Assembly: GCA_963693365.1 (NCBI GenBank) | Contig: CAVNZM010000006.1 | Span: 806,001 to 870,000, forward strand | Length of the DNA stretch: 64,000 nucleotides | Direction: 5' to 3' | Source of the DNA: Amoebidium appalachense | Taxonomy: Eukaryota > Protista > Ichthyosporea | Notes under the pieces: model-generated | Databases searched by the model: none | Told to the model about the DNA's origin: nothing | Seen by the model: only the letters and a program-made list of their open reading frames with translations | Part shown: positions 1 through 22,749 of the stretch, in pieces | Layout of the letters: each line of letters opens with the position of its first letter | Position numbering within the stretch: position 1 is the stretch's first letter | Made by a program: the position numbers and the translations under genes

Positions 1-722
1 TGCAGGTGGGTTTTGCGCGGGAGGTGTGTGTGGGTGGAACTTACATGGCGAATGGCCTGGTCCCTCTTGAGGATGTTGTTTGTGTTAAGTTTGGGGTGGT
101 AGATTACTTAATCTTGTTTTTTTTTGAATTCGTACTGTTTACCACTGTTTTTCATAACAACCCCCCCCTCACCCCCCCTCGCCCCCGGAACCTCAAGAGG
201 TGCACTCTGGTTCCTACTTTGATCGATTTTACTTGGGAAGGAATTAACATCTGGCATACCAATTGGGCCTCCCCCCTCCTCCCCCCCCCCCCCCCTCCCC
301 CCCCCCCCCCCTCCCCCTTCCCCCCCCCCCCAAAAAAAAAATAAAAAAAAATGATTTTTCTTGCCCGTGACACTTACCTTCACTTAAAGTGTACGTAACA
401 CACACCCTCTCGCCCTTTTCCTCTTGGGCCATTCCATAATAGCTAATTCACCCCAAACCACACCCACCCACCCAAATGCCCCTACCTCCCCCCCCCCCCC
501 CCCCCCGTTTGCCCCCCTGCCCCTCCCCCCAACACACACACACACACACACACCGACCGACCCCCCCCCCCCCCCCCCCCCCACATCCACTCTCCCTCCC
601 CCCTCCCCCCTCCCCCCTCCCCGCCCCTCCCCTCCATCCACCCACCCACACACCCACCCACACACCCTTCCCCACCCCTCCCCCCACCCACCCACCCATT
701 CACCGACCACCCACCCACACAG

Positions 723-10436
<9,714 letters not shown>

Positions 10437-10477
10437 TTGTGTTGGTGGATATGTTTACACAGTAATAGCCATGTGAC

Positions 10478-11059
10478 AGTTGGACATTCAAACATAATGA
10501 ACTATGTAGTTGGACATTCAAACATAATAAACTATGTAGTTGGACATTCAAACATAATAAACTATGTAGTTGGACATTCAAACATAATAAACTATGTAGT
10601 TGGACATGAAAACATAATAAACATGTAGTTGGACATGAAAACATAATAAACTATGTAGTTGGACATGAAAACATAATAAACTATGTAGTTGGACATGAAA
10701 ACATAATAAACTATGTAGTTGGACATGAAAACATAATAAACTATGTAGTTGGACATGAAATGGCATAATAAACTATGTAGTTGGACATGAAAACATAATA
10801 AACTATGTAGTTGGACATGAAAACATAATAAACTCAGAGTTGGACATGAAAACATAATAAACTATGTAGTTGGACATGAAAACATAATAAACTATGTAGT
10901 TGGACATGAAAACATAATAAACTATGTAGTTGGACATGAAAACATAATAAACTATGTAGTTGGACATGAAAACATAATAAACTATGTAGTTGGACATGAA
11001 AACATAATAAACTATGTAGTTGGACATGAAAACATAAAAAACTATGTAGTTGGACATGA
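10478..11059. repeat. 30-bp tandem array (~19 copies; actatgtagttggacatgaaaacataataa) just downstream of the PNGase stop codon
   Basis: Head-to-tail units with no spacers. The first four units read cattcaaac, later ones catgaaaac; a few units have small indels. Confidence 0.95.
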
Positions 11060-12258
11060 CAACAGTGCATGTAGGTGGTGTACGGGTTTGAGGTTTGTGT
11101 TAGGCACATCGAAACATGTATGTGAATTCGAACATGATGTATGATGCTTGAATTCACCAGCAAAGGCAAAACCGTGCGTAGGGATGTGGTTCTTTTCATG
11201 GAAAAGTATTCGTTTGCAAGCATCCAAGTTATTCTGAATTAGTACTTCGTGCAATGCCATGCAAACTACACCTGTGTTTGGTGTGGACATACATATATTA
11301 ATTAATATATATCCGATGATTCCTGAAAATTGTATGTGTACATCATAGTATTATCCTGAGTTTAAGTTTGTGTGCATATGTATATCCACACCTTAAACTC
11401 AGAATTTCATATGCGTATGACCAAACTATTCCTGAATTTCGCACACATACATCCAACACCCAGTGCAGAGGTTCCAAGTTAGGTATAGCTGCAACGGCCC
11501 TACTGCAAGGGAGCAAAGATGGAAAAACAGCGATTTCGAAATGGAAAAACACTGATTTCGATCCAGCTGGTGTAGTGTGTGTGTGTGTGTGTGTTTGTGT
11601 GCTTCCTTGTTTCTCTTCTTTTGTCGGTGATGACGGTGGTTGGGTGAGCTCGGGTTTTTTCTTTTTTTTTCCTTTTTTGTGGGGGGGGAGCTGGAGAAAT
11701 TGGGGGGGGGGGGGGGGGGGGGGGGGGGATCGATGGTAGGCTAGGCAGAACCCAACCCCATGGAAGTCGTTTTCTGCATTTTTTATTTTTCCGTGACGGT
11801 TGTTGCCAAGGTTGAGACAGTCCACTGCCAGACCGCACCCGACCTTGGGTGGCTCATGCCACCATAGTGTAAAAGAATAATGTAAGTACTCTACTTTGTC
11901 AGTTATTCGAAGCTCATGTATTTATGTGTTTTAAATAATTATAATAGTACGCCGCCTAAACTTTAGTCTATCCATAACACTATGTCCCCCCCCCCCCCCC
12001 CCCCCGGGGGAACACCTGGCTTCGTGCTGCTTGTGCTGTTCTTCTTGAAAATGACTTTGTACTATGTACAATACTTAACCCCCCCCCCCCCCCCCCCCAA
12101 AAAAGGACATGGACGCACTCCGCGTGATGGTAGCACATGGTCTGGTACGAGTACTATTATGCATGCAGTAGACATGCAAATATCAGTAGGTCGATAGGTG
12201 GCAAGAAGAGACGAGTTGTGGAGGGCAAACAAAGAGTATGCATCACCAGCAGATCAGA

Positions 12259-12488
12259 GGAGAGCGTTGGGGGGGTTGGACCCGCGGAAAGGGGGGGTTT
12301 GAATGCGTCTTAAAGTACGAAGTACACAAGAACAACGGATAACACGATGCAGAATGCAAACCATACATAAAGAGTATGCATAATAAGCAGAGCCCATCCT
12401 CAGGGGGGGGCCCGAGTTTCGACCCATTCACCTCGTTAACGAAACCCAACTCAGACACTGTTTCACTTGAACATGGGTGGGTCACCCG
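12259..12488 (+). repeat. Dispersed short repeat family, most complete copy
   Basis: Core gaacaacggataacacgatgcagaatgcaaaccata...ataagcagagcccatcctcagggg recurs at ~13073-13183 (+) and ~18714-18820 (-). A related subfamily occurs at ~52994-53250 (+) and ~1783-1885 (-). Confidence 0.8.
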
Positions 12489-13041
12489 TCTTGATCAGAG
12501 ACGAGCAGGGTTACTTATGCAGGCAAGGACAGTGGGAAAGGCCGGGTGCTTAAGTTGCAGCAGTAAGCAGAAGCAAGAAAAATATAGATAGGAACTCAGG
12601 AGACGGGGCTTCTGGAAAGCTCCCCCGTCGTGAGTTCCTAAGTCGATACTTCCCTGGCTAACATACTACACCAGCTGAAAAGAATTAAGTCCCGAAGGCC
12701 GCAGAATTCGCAATCAGAGGAGAAAATATGAGATTCGACCCACGCCACAGGGTAGTAACACGCTTACGGGGAGAGCGTTGGGGGGTTGGGCGAGGGGGAA
12801 GGGGGGGGGGAGGGGGGGGGGGGGGGGGGGGGGGGACAAATCAGGATGATGCAGTAGGATTCTCGAACAGCCTGTGTTGGAGAGCCATCTGTATCATTCA
12901 TAGCGTGTTTGCCAGGTGGCCCCGAAAGCAACGTTTACTTCGGGCTTTATGGGGATTGTGGACGTACATGTTCAACTGTGAAGCAGCGATAAGTGCAAAG
13001 CCACCAATGATTGTGGGACGGTGGCGAATCAGAGTGAAGGG

Positions 13042-13074
<33 letters not shown>

Positions 13075-13241
13075 GATTGCGTCAATAAGGTACGCATTAC
13101 ACATGAACAACGGATAACACGATGCAGAGTGCAAACCATAATAAAAATGTGCATAAAAAACAGAGCCCATCCTTCGGGGGGTAGGGCAAAAATGGAAGGT
13201 GGGCACGAGAAGGGGGAGGAAGGTGGGGGGTGTGGGGTTGA

Positions 13242-13274
<33 letters not shown>

Positions 13275-13602
13275 CGGGAAAAGGTGTATGTTTGTATGTG
13301 TGCGGGGGGGGGGGGGGGGGGGGGGGGAGGGGGGGAGGGAAGCAATTGTTACGGCTCGACACACCCTGCTCTACAAACAAACATGGATACTAGGTTCAGG
13401 GACCAATGACGAGGTTAGAAGATGAACAAGCTGGCTGCGACAGCACACGAAGGTACAGTGTGTGTTTGTGTGTGTTGGGGGGGGATAGGGTGTGCACGTC
13501 TAACCGGTCGCAGAATAAGCAGGGTCCTAAAAGAGGGGGCAGAAGGTTCGGAATAAGGCGTAAGAGTCGGGGCTCATCAGCACTTCGGTGGCGGTAGGAT
13601 GC

Positions 13603-13633
<31 letters not shown>

Positions 13634-13911
13634 GGGGGGGGGGGTGTTACAGTGTATGAAGCGCAAAGATGTACACCTAACCATATAAATTCTAATACGA
13701 ATATAATGCTAATATGTAACACAAATACGCCAGAAAGGACTTTCCACGTATTCCTCAGAAAGGACTTTCCACGTATTCCTTTCCTCCAGCCTTCACCTCC
13801 GCCTACCGGAAGCTGAACCAAGCCATCCCTTCCCCTTCTTCTTCGCCGGATCTGCTTCGAAACCCTCTACTTAATGATTCCTAACTCCCCTTATTCTTGC
13901 CCCCCCCCCCC

Positions 13912-13945
<34 letters not shown>

Positions 13946-15658
13946 CAACTCACCGACCCACTCACCGCCCACCCTGGGGGGGAGGGAGGGAGGGGGGGGG
14001 GTCGGCAGTGCGAGGGGGGGGAAGGGGGGGGGGGGGGGGGAGGAGTAGTGCTGGATGGTGACCGGAGTTCCATATGTGTGGTTCAGCCTAGCAGGGGCCG
14101 ACAACGGGAGAAGGAACAGGGGGCAGGGGCGGGAGGGGAGGCCGGGGAGAGGGGGGGGGGGGAGGGGGGGGATACCTTACTAAAGTTACCAAGAAACATC
14201 CTTTCCTCTAACTCAACCCCGCCACCATCCACCTACCCAACCACCAAGCTTTTGCCACGTGTGCCCAAACTTTTGATCCCCTTAAGTGGGCAAGCTCCCA
14301 TTCCCTGGCCATGGCAAGTCGGGTCCAACAAGCAGGAAAAACACAGGTTGCTGTTAGCTTCATCACGTGGCTTTTAGTGTTGCAGATTGTGACAGCTACC
14401 AAAGCCATGAGGTGTGTGAATGTTTGGTTGCACACACCTGGATCTCTTCCATGAAGCGGGCGTGCCCATGGTGAAGAACGACGCACATCCTCTCATGCTG
14501 TGAGACACACAAGAGGACAAAGGAACACTCACACAAACAATTTAATATTCGATATATACAAGCATGCGAAATCACACAAATCATACACATACGCCGCATG
14601 CGCGCACACATTGTTGTGATCCCTCCAAATCTCCCCCAAAAATGAGAACCAAAAAAAAAAAGGCAGCACGGTCGTCTGACAGTGACCGGCCGCCGACTCA
14701 GACCGCTTTTTTTTGCAGGATTTGGTGTGCGCGCCAATAGCGAGAAAGAAAGCACTGGGATCAAGGTACTGGCTCAGGCTATTCGCGTTATGATTGGTTC
14801 ACATCATCGAAAGCATATTACGACACCCAGTGATCTGATTGGTACATACCACTCCATGAGAATATAAACAGTACCAACTACCAAGCCTTGAGAGTTCCAG
14901 AAGGTAAACAAGGGCCCAAAAGGGCCTCGGACGTGTAATTAGTTTGCAACAATTTGTATTCTGCTGTAATAGAGATGTCAATAGCGCTCAAATTAACATG
15001 AAAAAAAACGTGGTTTCATTTCCCGTGCGAAAGGCCGGTGAGAAACCTGGTATGAGGCGCCGGCAGAACGGCACCTGCTTGCCAGCAAGCTGATTGGGTC
15101 AAAATCCGTCAGCATATGCCTTTTTAGGCAACTTCGCACGCCAAGACCAAATGCTTTTCTGTTTTGTGTAAATCTCAAATTCATTATGGGCCTTGTTCAA
15201 ACAAAAATATATTGAATATATATATATTAGAACTAATCACTATTTGTGAAGTTTGTATCAAATACCTTGTGGATTTCCTTCTTCCTGCCTCCGGTTGCCA
15301 AAACGTAACGCGGTTTTCAGACTCTGAGGGATGCAAATTAAGCTGAGAAGCTTAACCTTCTTCAAACAGCAAACCTGTTACAATGTCTCTACACAAAGAA
15401 TCTCACATTGTTATGATAATATAATCTTGCATTTGTGTTTGTTTTTCTCTCGGTATATGAGATTTTTCCTTCAATTCACGAGTTTGATGTAGTGAAAGCA
15501 GGTGATCAGCGATTTGCCGCGCTCCTTCTAGATCACGGTATGGTTTGGGCGGCGCGAATATCAAATGCAAAATTCCGGCCGATATATAAGCACAGCACTT
15601 CGCAGTGCACAATCAGTTTTTTGTTCGCTGGGAAGTTGTAGCCCCGGTCCACTCAACC

Positions 15659-18600
15659 ATGGTCAATATGCTGTCCGACTCTGACCGCCAGACGATGGTC
15701 GACGCCGAGGTGGCGGCTTTCCAGGCCGAGGTCCGCCAGGTGGAGGAATGGTTCAAGGCCGAGCGCTTTGCTGGCGTCAAGCGCCCCTACAGTGCTGAGC
15801 ATGTTGTGTCTCTCCGCAGCAGCGTGAAGCAGGTGTGTTGTTGTTTCAACCTGGGTGTGTGTGGGCTAGTTTCACCTCGCCTTGCCCACCTGTGTTGGGT
15901 GTTGCGTTTTATAGCTGGGCACGAGTGACCTACTACCTGCTTTGTTATGCATGGGGTGGTGGAGTCAAGGCCGATCTTTCCTGGCAGGCATGTTCTTGCA
16001 ATGGCTATGTTTCTGCTGCTGCTTGGCTGCTTAGGAATTCGAATGGTGTGAGGTCTTTGTAGGCTAACAAGTGGAACTGGGTTTAATGGCCGTTCACACT
16101 GCTACCTGTTTCAGGAGGAACTTTTGTTGCCAGGGATCTGTTCTGTTTCCTAACACTCGTTCGCTGCAGACCTATGCTGCCGACCAGCAGGCCAAGAAGA
16201 TGTGGAAGATCTTGCAGAACCACAAGAAGAACGGCACCACGTCGTGGACGTTCGGTGCTCTGGACCCCGTCCAGGTGGTGCAGATGGCCAAGTACCTCGA
16301 CACGGTCTACGTGTCCGGTTGGCAGTGCTCGTCCACTGCCTCGTCCTCCAACGAGCCCGGCCCCGATCTTGCCGACTACCCCATGGACACCGTGCCCAAG
16401 AAGGTCGACCACCTGTTCAAGGCTCAGGTTTGTACCCCTCCTCCTCCCCTCCCCCCCCCCCCCCCCCCTCTTGTGTTCCCCTTGTTCCCCCTTTCCACTT
16501 CGGTGGTCTCCTGTCGCAAAGTATAGCTGTGGAAGCCCTGCCCCATCCCCCGGCCCCGTTCCACGTTACATTTGCTCGTATCAGTCTTCTTTTCTTCAAC
16601 CACAAACACCCTCTATCCTGCACTTGTCCCCCGTCCTCCCCCTCCCCCCGCCTCTCTCTCCCTCCCCCCTCCTCACTCTAACCCTAACCCTCGTCCCCCT
16701 CCCCCCGGGGAAGCACCCCACTACAGCGTTTCCCCTTTCTCTCTCTCTCCTCCCCCCCCCCCCCCCCCTTCCCCTTCCCCCTCCCCCCTCCCCTTGGGCT
16801 CCCCCCCTCCCCTTGGGCTCTTTCAGTAGTAGCCTATAAATTGTTAAAAACAGTGCTGCTCTCTATCCACATAGGTGTTCCATGATCGCCGCCAGCGCGC
16901 TGCCCGGGCCAAGATGTCCATGGAGGAGCGCCTGCGCACTCCCTTCCAGGATTACCTGCGCCCCATTATTGCCGATGCCGACACCGGCCACGGTGGTCTG
17001 ACTGCCGTCATGAAGCTGGCCAAGATGTTCGTCGAGTACGGCGCTGCTGGTATCCATCTGGAGGATCAGGCTGCCGGCACCAAGAAGTGCGGCCACATGG
17101 GCGGCAAGGTGCTGGTGCCCATCCAGGAGCACATCAACCGCCTGGTGGCTGCCCGCCTCCAGTTCGACGTAATGGGCGTCGAGTGCATTGTTGTCGGCCG
17201 CACGGACTCCGAGGCTGCCACCCTCCTGACGTCCAACATCGACACCCGTGACCACCCGTTCATCATTGGGTCCACCAAGGATGTGGGCAACCTTAACGAG
17301 ATTCTGATTGCCGCCGCTGCTGCTGGCAAGAATGCTGACGAGCTCGATGAGATTACCAAGAAGTGGAACAAGGATGTACGTGTCTTAATCCCCTCCCAAC
17401 CCCAACCCCAACCCCAACCCGACCCTGCCCACTCTTCCTTCCTGAAATAGCCCCTTTGCCCCAACCTGCCTGTTGTCTGGTCTTGAATCCCCCCTTTGCA
17501 TGTGATGCCCCCCCCCCCCCCCAACCCGGCTCTATCCCCTCCCCCCCCCCCCCCCCCCCCCCCGGCCCTGCCTCTGTAGTTAGCCGTTCCCTCCTCCCTG
17601 CCCACATAATTCTGCTTCATCCCCATTTTCCTAGCAATATTGAATGCCTCCGGGATTTCACTGGCTCTTCCGCTCCTGTTTGTCTTTCCCCTCTCCCTTT
17701 CTTCCCTTTCTTCCCCAATCAGCTAGATATCACCTCCCCTTCCCACCCTAGCTCCATCTTTTTCTTCCCCCCCTCTCCCCCAAGACCCTTCCTTTTTTTG
17801 CTTGTCTTGAGGATCCTTATCCCAACCCTCTTCTCCTACAGGCCGAGTGCATGACGTTTGGCGAGGCTGTGACTGCAGCACTCAAGGCTGCCGGCAAGGA
17901 CACTGCCAAGTGGGATGCCGAGTACCTCAACCTCAGTAACAAGGAGGCCCGCAAGCTGGCTAAGGAGCTGCTCGGCCAGGACCTCTTCTGGGACTGGGAT
18001 GCCACCCGCACGGCCGAGGGCTACTACCGCGTGCTGGGCGGCACCGAGTATGCCACCCACCGCCAGGTGTTCTTCTCGTACTACTCCGACATTGCCTGGA
18101 TGGAGTCGGCCAAGCCCATTGTGGCCCAGGCCCAGCAGTTTGCCGAGGGCGTGCTTAAGGTCCACCCCAACCAGCTGCTCAGCTACAACCTGTCCCCGTC
18201 CTTCAACTGGGACGCTGCCGGCATGACGGATGCCCAGATTGGCACCTTCATTACGGACCTGGGCAAGATGGGCTACGTGTGGCAGTTCATCACCCTGGCT
18301 GGGTTCCACTGCGATGCCCTGTCCATCGACAACTTTGCCAAGGACTACAGCGAGCGCGGCATGCTGGCCTACGTCGAGAACATCCAGCGCATGGAGCGCC
18401 AGAACAAGGTCGAGACACTCGCCCACCAGGTCTGTATTCTGCCCCATCCCCTCCCCTCCCTCCCCCCCCCCCCTTCCCCCCCCTCTCTCTCGATTGGATC
18501 AAACCCATCTGAGCCTCACATGCAATATTCACTCGCCCACCAGGTCTGTATTCTGCCCCATCCCCCTTCCCCCCCCCCCCTCCCCCTTTCCCCCCCCCCC

Positions 18601-19011
18601 CCCCCCCCTCTCTCGATTGGATTCTCTCGATTGGATCAAACCCTTTGGTAGTGAGGCTCAGAATACATGCACTCCCCTCCCCCTCCCCCCCTCCCCCCCC
18701 CCCCCCCTTTCCCCCGGCTCTGCTTATTATGCATACTCTTTATGTATGGCTTGCATTCTGCATCGTGTTATCCGTTTGTTCTTGTGTACTTCGTACTTTT
18801 TGACGCATCCAAAACACCCCCTTCCCCCCCCCCCCCCCCCCCCCCCCCAAACTCTAAAGTCTGCTACATGATGACCGGGCTCACACTTACGCTTCCTTTC
18901 CTGCAGACGTGGTCCGGTGCCAACCTGGTTGACCAGCAGCTCCAGACGGTGATGGGTGGCCTGGCCTCCACCACCATCATGGGTGAGGGTGTCACGGAGA
19001 AGCAGTTCTAA
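15659..19011 (+). CDS. ICL1: Isocitrate lyase (long eukaryotic type), 5 exons, 541 aa
   Basis: Exons 15659-15832, 16170-16427, 16875-17375, 17842-18429, 18907-19011, all phase 0, GT-AG. Motifs [94 protein letters not shown]. Confidence 0.97.
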
Positions 19012-22000
19012 GTTGTACGTATGGTTAATCGCTTGTACAGAATCCGTTTGAATGGCGGCAGCAGTGCCGTGCAGGCCAGCGACATTGGCGTTGCACCCCA
19101 TGTAGTTTTTTCGAAAATAATCTCTTTTATGAAAAATTTCTCCTTCTTTTATTGTTCTTTTGTACACACGTCCGTGCCAGGTCAAGCCCTGAGGGGCCGC
19201 ATATAGTGTAATTGTAGCTCTGAAGGCGCCGTACCCCTAGCCGTGTAGGCTTCACCCATATCGAATAAAAGGTTCGTGCTGGTTGCAGCAAAATAATCCA
19301 TCAATCTCCACTGTCAAGCCGATGAAACAAGGCCCACACACATACACACAGTTGCACTCCTGCCACCGTGAATAGTGATTGATAGCATGCACCAGCAGCA
19401 CGTACCTTCCCTTCTCTCCCCTTAAAATGCACGCCACCACAGTGCACACACCTTACTGCGTTTGCTGTGTAGTGTGTGTGTGGGGGGGGGGGGGACTGAG
19501 GGGGACTCCTTCATTGCCTCCCTTCCCCCCTCCCCTCAAACCTCCATTTTGCATAAACCTCCAATCCCCCCCCCCCCCCCCCCCCCCCCCCAGGCTCCCC
19601 ACTCCCCCACCCTCTTGCCCACTCTCACCCTTTCTCTTCTTCACTCTCTCTCTCTCTCTTTCTTTGCCCTGCCTCTAGATCTCCCTGTCCACTGTCCGTT
19701 GCCCTATCCATATACTTCCATATTCTCTGCATAAAACTACCCCCTACTTGGCCGGTGTTTTCTGTTTGTGAATACTTGCGTACTTTGAAAACTCCTCTCG
19801 TTCTTGGACGGACAAGCTGATGCCACATCATTTTCCGTTGTATTGTTTTTATCTCAGTTTTGGTGTGCATGTGGATGGGTGCACGCGGCTGGTGGTGTTT
19901 GTGTGTGTGTGTGTGTGTTGAGGGGGGGGGAAGGGGCTCTGGCAACTCTTTGCATCCAATAGGTGCAATGACCCCTGTTATTGATACAGCCTGAGGTTGT
20001 GTAAATAGCACCCGCTCTGCGCGCGCACACACATCCCAAAGATTCACAACCAGATGCATTCCGCAACTCGGTGCACAGTGGAGTGCCGGCTCATTTCCCG
20101 AGCCATGGCTGGTGGTGATAGGTGGGTGGGTGTCCCCGGGGCAGGTACGGTTGAGGTAAGATGTGTGTCTGGGCCGGTGGGTGCAAGTGTGCGTGTGTAG
20201 GGGGAGGGATTACGAAGAAATTTGAAACTGGGAAGAAAAACAGCAACCTTGGAGAGGCATAGTCCCTGGCTATTGCTGTCAAGGCAGCAAAGAAAGAGTC
20301 AAACAGTCTGACAGGAGGCCATGAAGTATACGGGGCGGGGGGGGGGGGGAGGGGGAGGGCCGGGGAGCTGAGTCTGTACAGTGTAAGAGGGTGTGTTAAT
20401 TAAATGTTCGGTGTGGTAATGGGTGAAATGGCCTGCAAGGTGTGGCCCAAGTTTGGTGTGCTACAGTACCTGGCCGTCACAAGATGCACCGAGTACTTAG
20501 GCTGGCAACCTGTGCACTAAAAATAGGTTCCCTCTTTTTCCCTAGTATCCCCCCCTTCTCCCCTCCCCACTCCCCCTTCCCCCCCATCCCCCCTCCCCTC
20601 TCCCCCCTCCTCCCCCCCTCCACCTTTTCCCCGTTTCCTCCCTCCTCCCCTCCCCCCACCCCGCCGCCCCCTGTCCCCTCCGAGGCTCAGGCTTCCCAAG
20701 CGAGGGTATCTTTGAACATCTGTGACCGCCTACTGTAGACATGGTTGTGTATGGCACAGTCGTGTACACTCCCTCTCTTAGCAAGGAATGCTGTGCACAC
20801 CAGTCTACGTTGGTGATCAGTGATGATAGGAAGATATGCACATGGGCCTGTGGGCAGCATATCGATATCATAATCCCAACAGTGGCCCCGTGAGGGTAGG
20901 CCACAACCGATAACTCGTAACCAGGTACTGGTCAATTCCGGTTTAACTATTTAGTGCACCAAGCCATGCAGAGAATAAACACAAGTGGTTGCTAATAAAG
21001 ATCCCCACGAGGTTCTTATCCAATCATGGCCTTAGAAACGTGCGTTGGAGGCCAGTCTTAACCAACGGATAGGGAGCCTAGAGGAGGGTTAAAAGATGGC
21101 AGACAGATGTATTTATTAATGTGCATAAGTACAGAGTGGGTAGCACATGTACTCGGAAGCACAATGGTCCAAAGACTAAACCTTACTGGTTGTAGTAGTA
21201 TTAGTGATATATATTGAGTACCGTTGTGTGTGTAGAGATGTTTGTACATTGTGAATGTGCATATGTTCTCCCCTGCACTGGTGCAGAGGAGAGCAAACGG
21301 GGATTGGCATGGGCTGGGCCCGAAGCCAATCAACCGTTTGCCATCATTACGGCTGCAGCGAATCTGCGTCTATGCTACTGCTATAAAAAGGCCTGCAAGG
21401 CCTTTCCACTGGCACTTAAGGTGGAGTGGGGGGTCCAATCTGCGCCCCCGCCAAATCGATCATAGACCCCCCTGGATCAAGGAAAAGCGCACAGCTCGCA
21501 CCTGCGGCTGAAATTTCGGTTCGCAAGGAAACTACGGCACCTCGACAGCGGCCGTGCGGTCCAGACTATCGCCCTCGAAAAAAAAAACTTAATTATAAAC
21601 CCCCCCCTATATTCCTAAGCCAGCCGAGCTCCCCATACTTCATCTCTCCTGTGTGGGGACTTGGTCTTCTGGCCCATAAGTAAAACTGGTTTTTCAAAAA
21701 AATGATTATGTAACATGCGAGATCAAAGTTTTTGGTATTAGACGATCTTATACCAAAAAAATAATTTAAGCTTATTTTTTGTGGTTTAAGGGGTGGTACC
21801 CTGGCTTCCGCGTGCAGTAATTACTATCTGTCTTCATTACATAGCCGCTAAACTGGTGTCAAGTCTCTTACCGAGCGGGTATAGAGGGACCCGAAAAGAG
21901 CAACTATGGTGATCTGTTCCTCCAGTCGTATGGCGCGATCTGAATGCGTAGCGTGGTTAGCTTCAAATTTGGCGGGAAAACTAAATCCGGCTTGACCAAT

Positions 22001-22749
22001 AGAACAATCTAAAGTGTTGTTGGTGCGGCGATCAGAACTTGATAAAATTCACTTTTCATTGGCTCCATAAAACGTGATCGAATATGCATATATGAAAGAT
22101 TTACGATTTATTTGCAAACAACCGAAGACTATGAATAATAAAAATATTATAAAGCTTCTGTAATAAATATTTATTTATTCCGTAGTTTTTCGATCATTTT
22201 TATGCTGGTTTCAGTATACACGTTCAGCGACAATTGACCTCTGCCGGCAGATCAGTATGCGCTATCTTGTATTTGATGTAAATCATACATGTAAATAACC
22301 TGTAAACAACAGCTATTTGGACATTGTTTATAGAGGGTACGTGTACAACAAGTGCACACGCAGTTCAGCGCAAGAAGATATAGAGTTATCAGTTGTGAGA
22401 AGCATAAAAAGCTCTATTTCGTGCAATTTTTCTGTAAGAAAATTAATATATTGTGTGATAATGACATTCAATTAGTTTGCTCACGCAATTCCTGGTGGAA
22501 AGGCTCGTCGCAAAAAGACGTAAAAACCGGCTCAGCCCTATAGGTGTTGCCACCCTCTCAACAAAATGCCCATGCTCTATACCAGGGATGTTCTGTGCTT
22601 GTGTTTTCCGGGTGACTGATAGCGTGAAAAAGTATGGATGGGTGCTTTATGACAATCACGACCCCTATATAGGGGGTCCTACCTGGGTTGTTTTGCAGAC
22701 TTTTGGCTTTTTTTTTTTCCTTTGTGTGCATATTTTCGTATACCCTTCA

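Noticed and set aside
10478-11059. CRISPR array
   Set aside because: Units are contiguous with no unique spacers, the context is eukaryotic, and there are no cas genes.
12646-12720. U1 snRNA-like start (atacttccctgg)
   Set aside because: Mismatch in ACTTACCTG, and no loop I/II or Sm-site motifs follow.
16863-18447. Long antisense ORFs over ICL (also over DnaJ, BAG and Kazal)
   Set aside because: Shadow ORFs caused by codon bias in the real genes.
19004-19020. Cryptic PTS1 (SKL) overlapping the ICL stop in a shifted frame (tct aag ttg)
   Set aside because: SKL is followed by tac rather than a stop, so it would not be C-terminal; no mechanism is visible.
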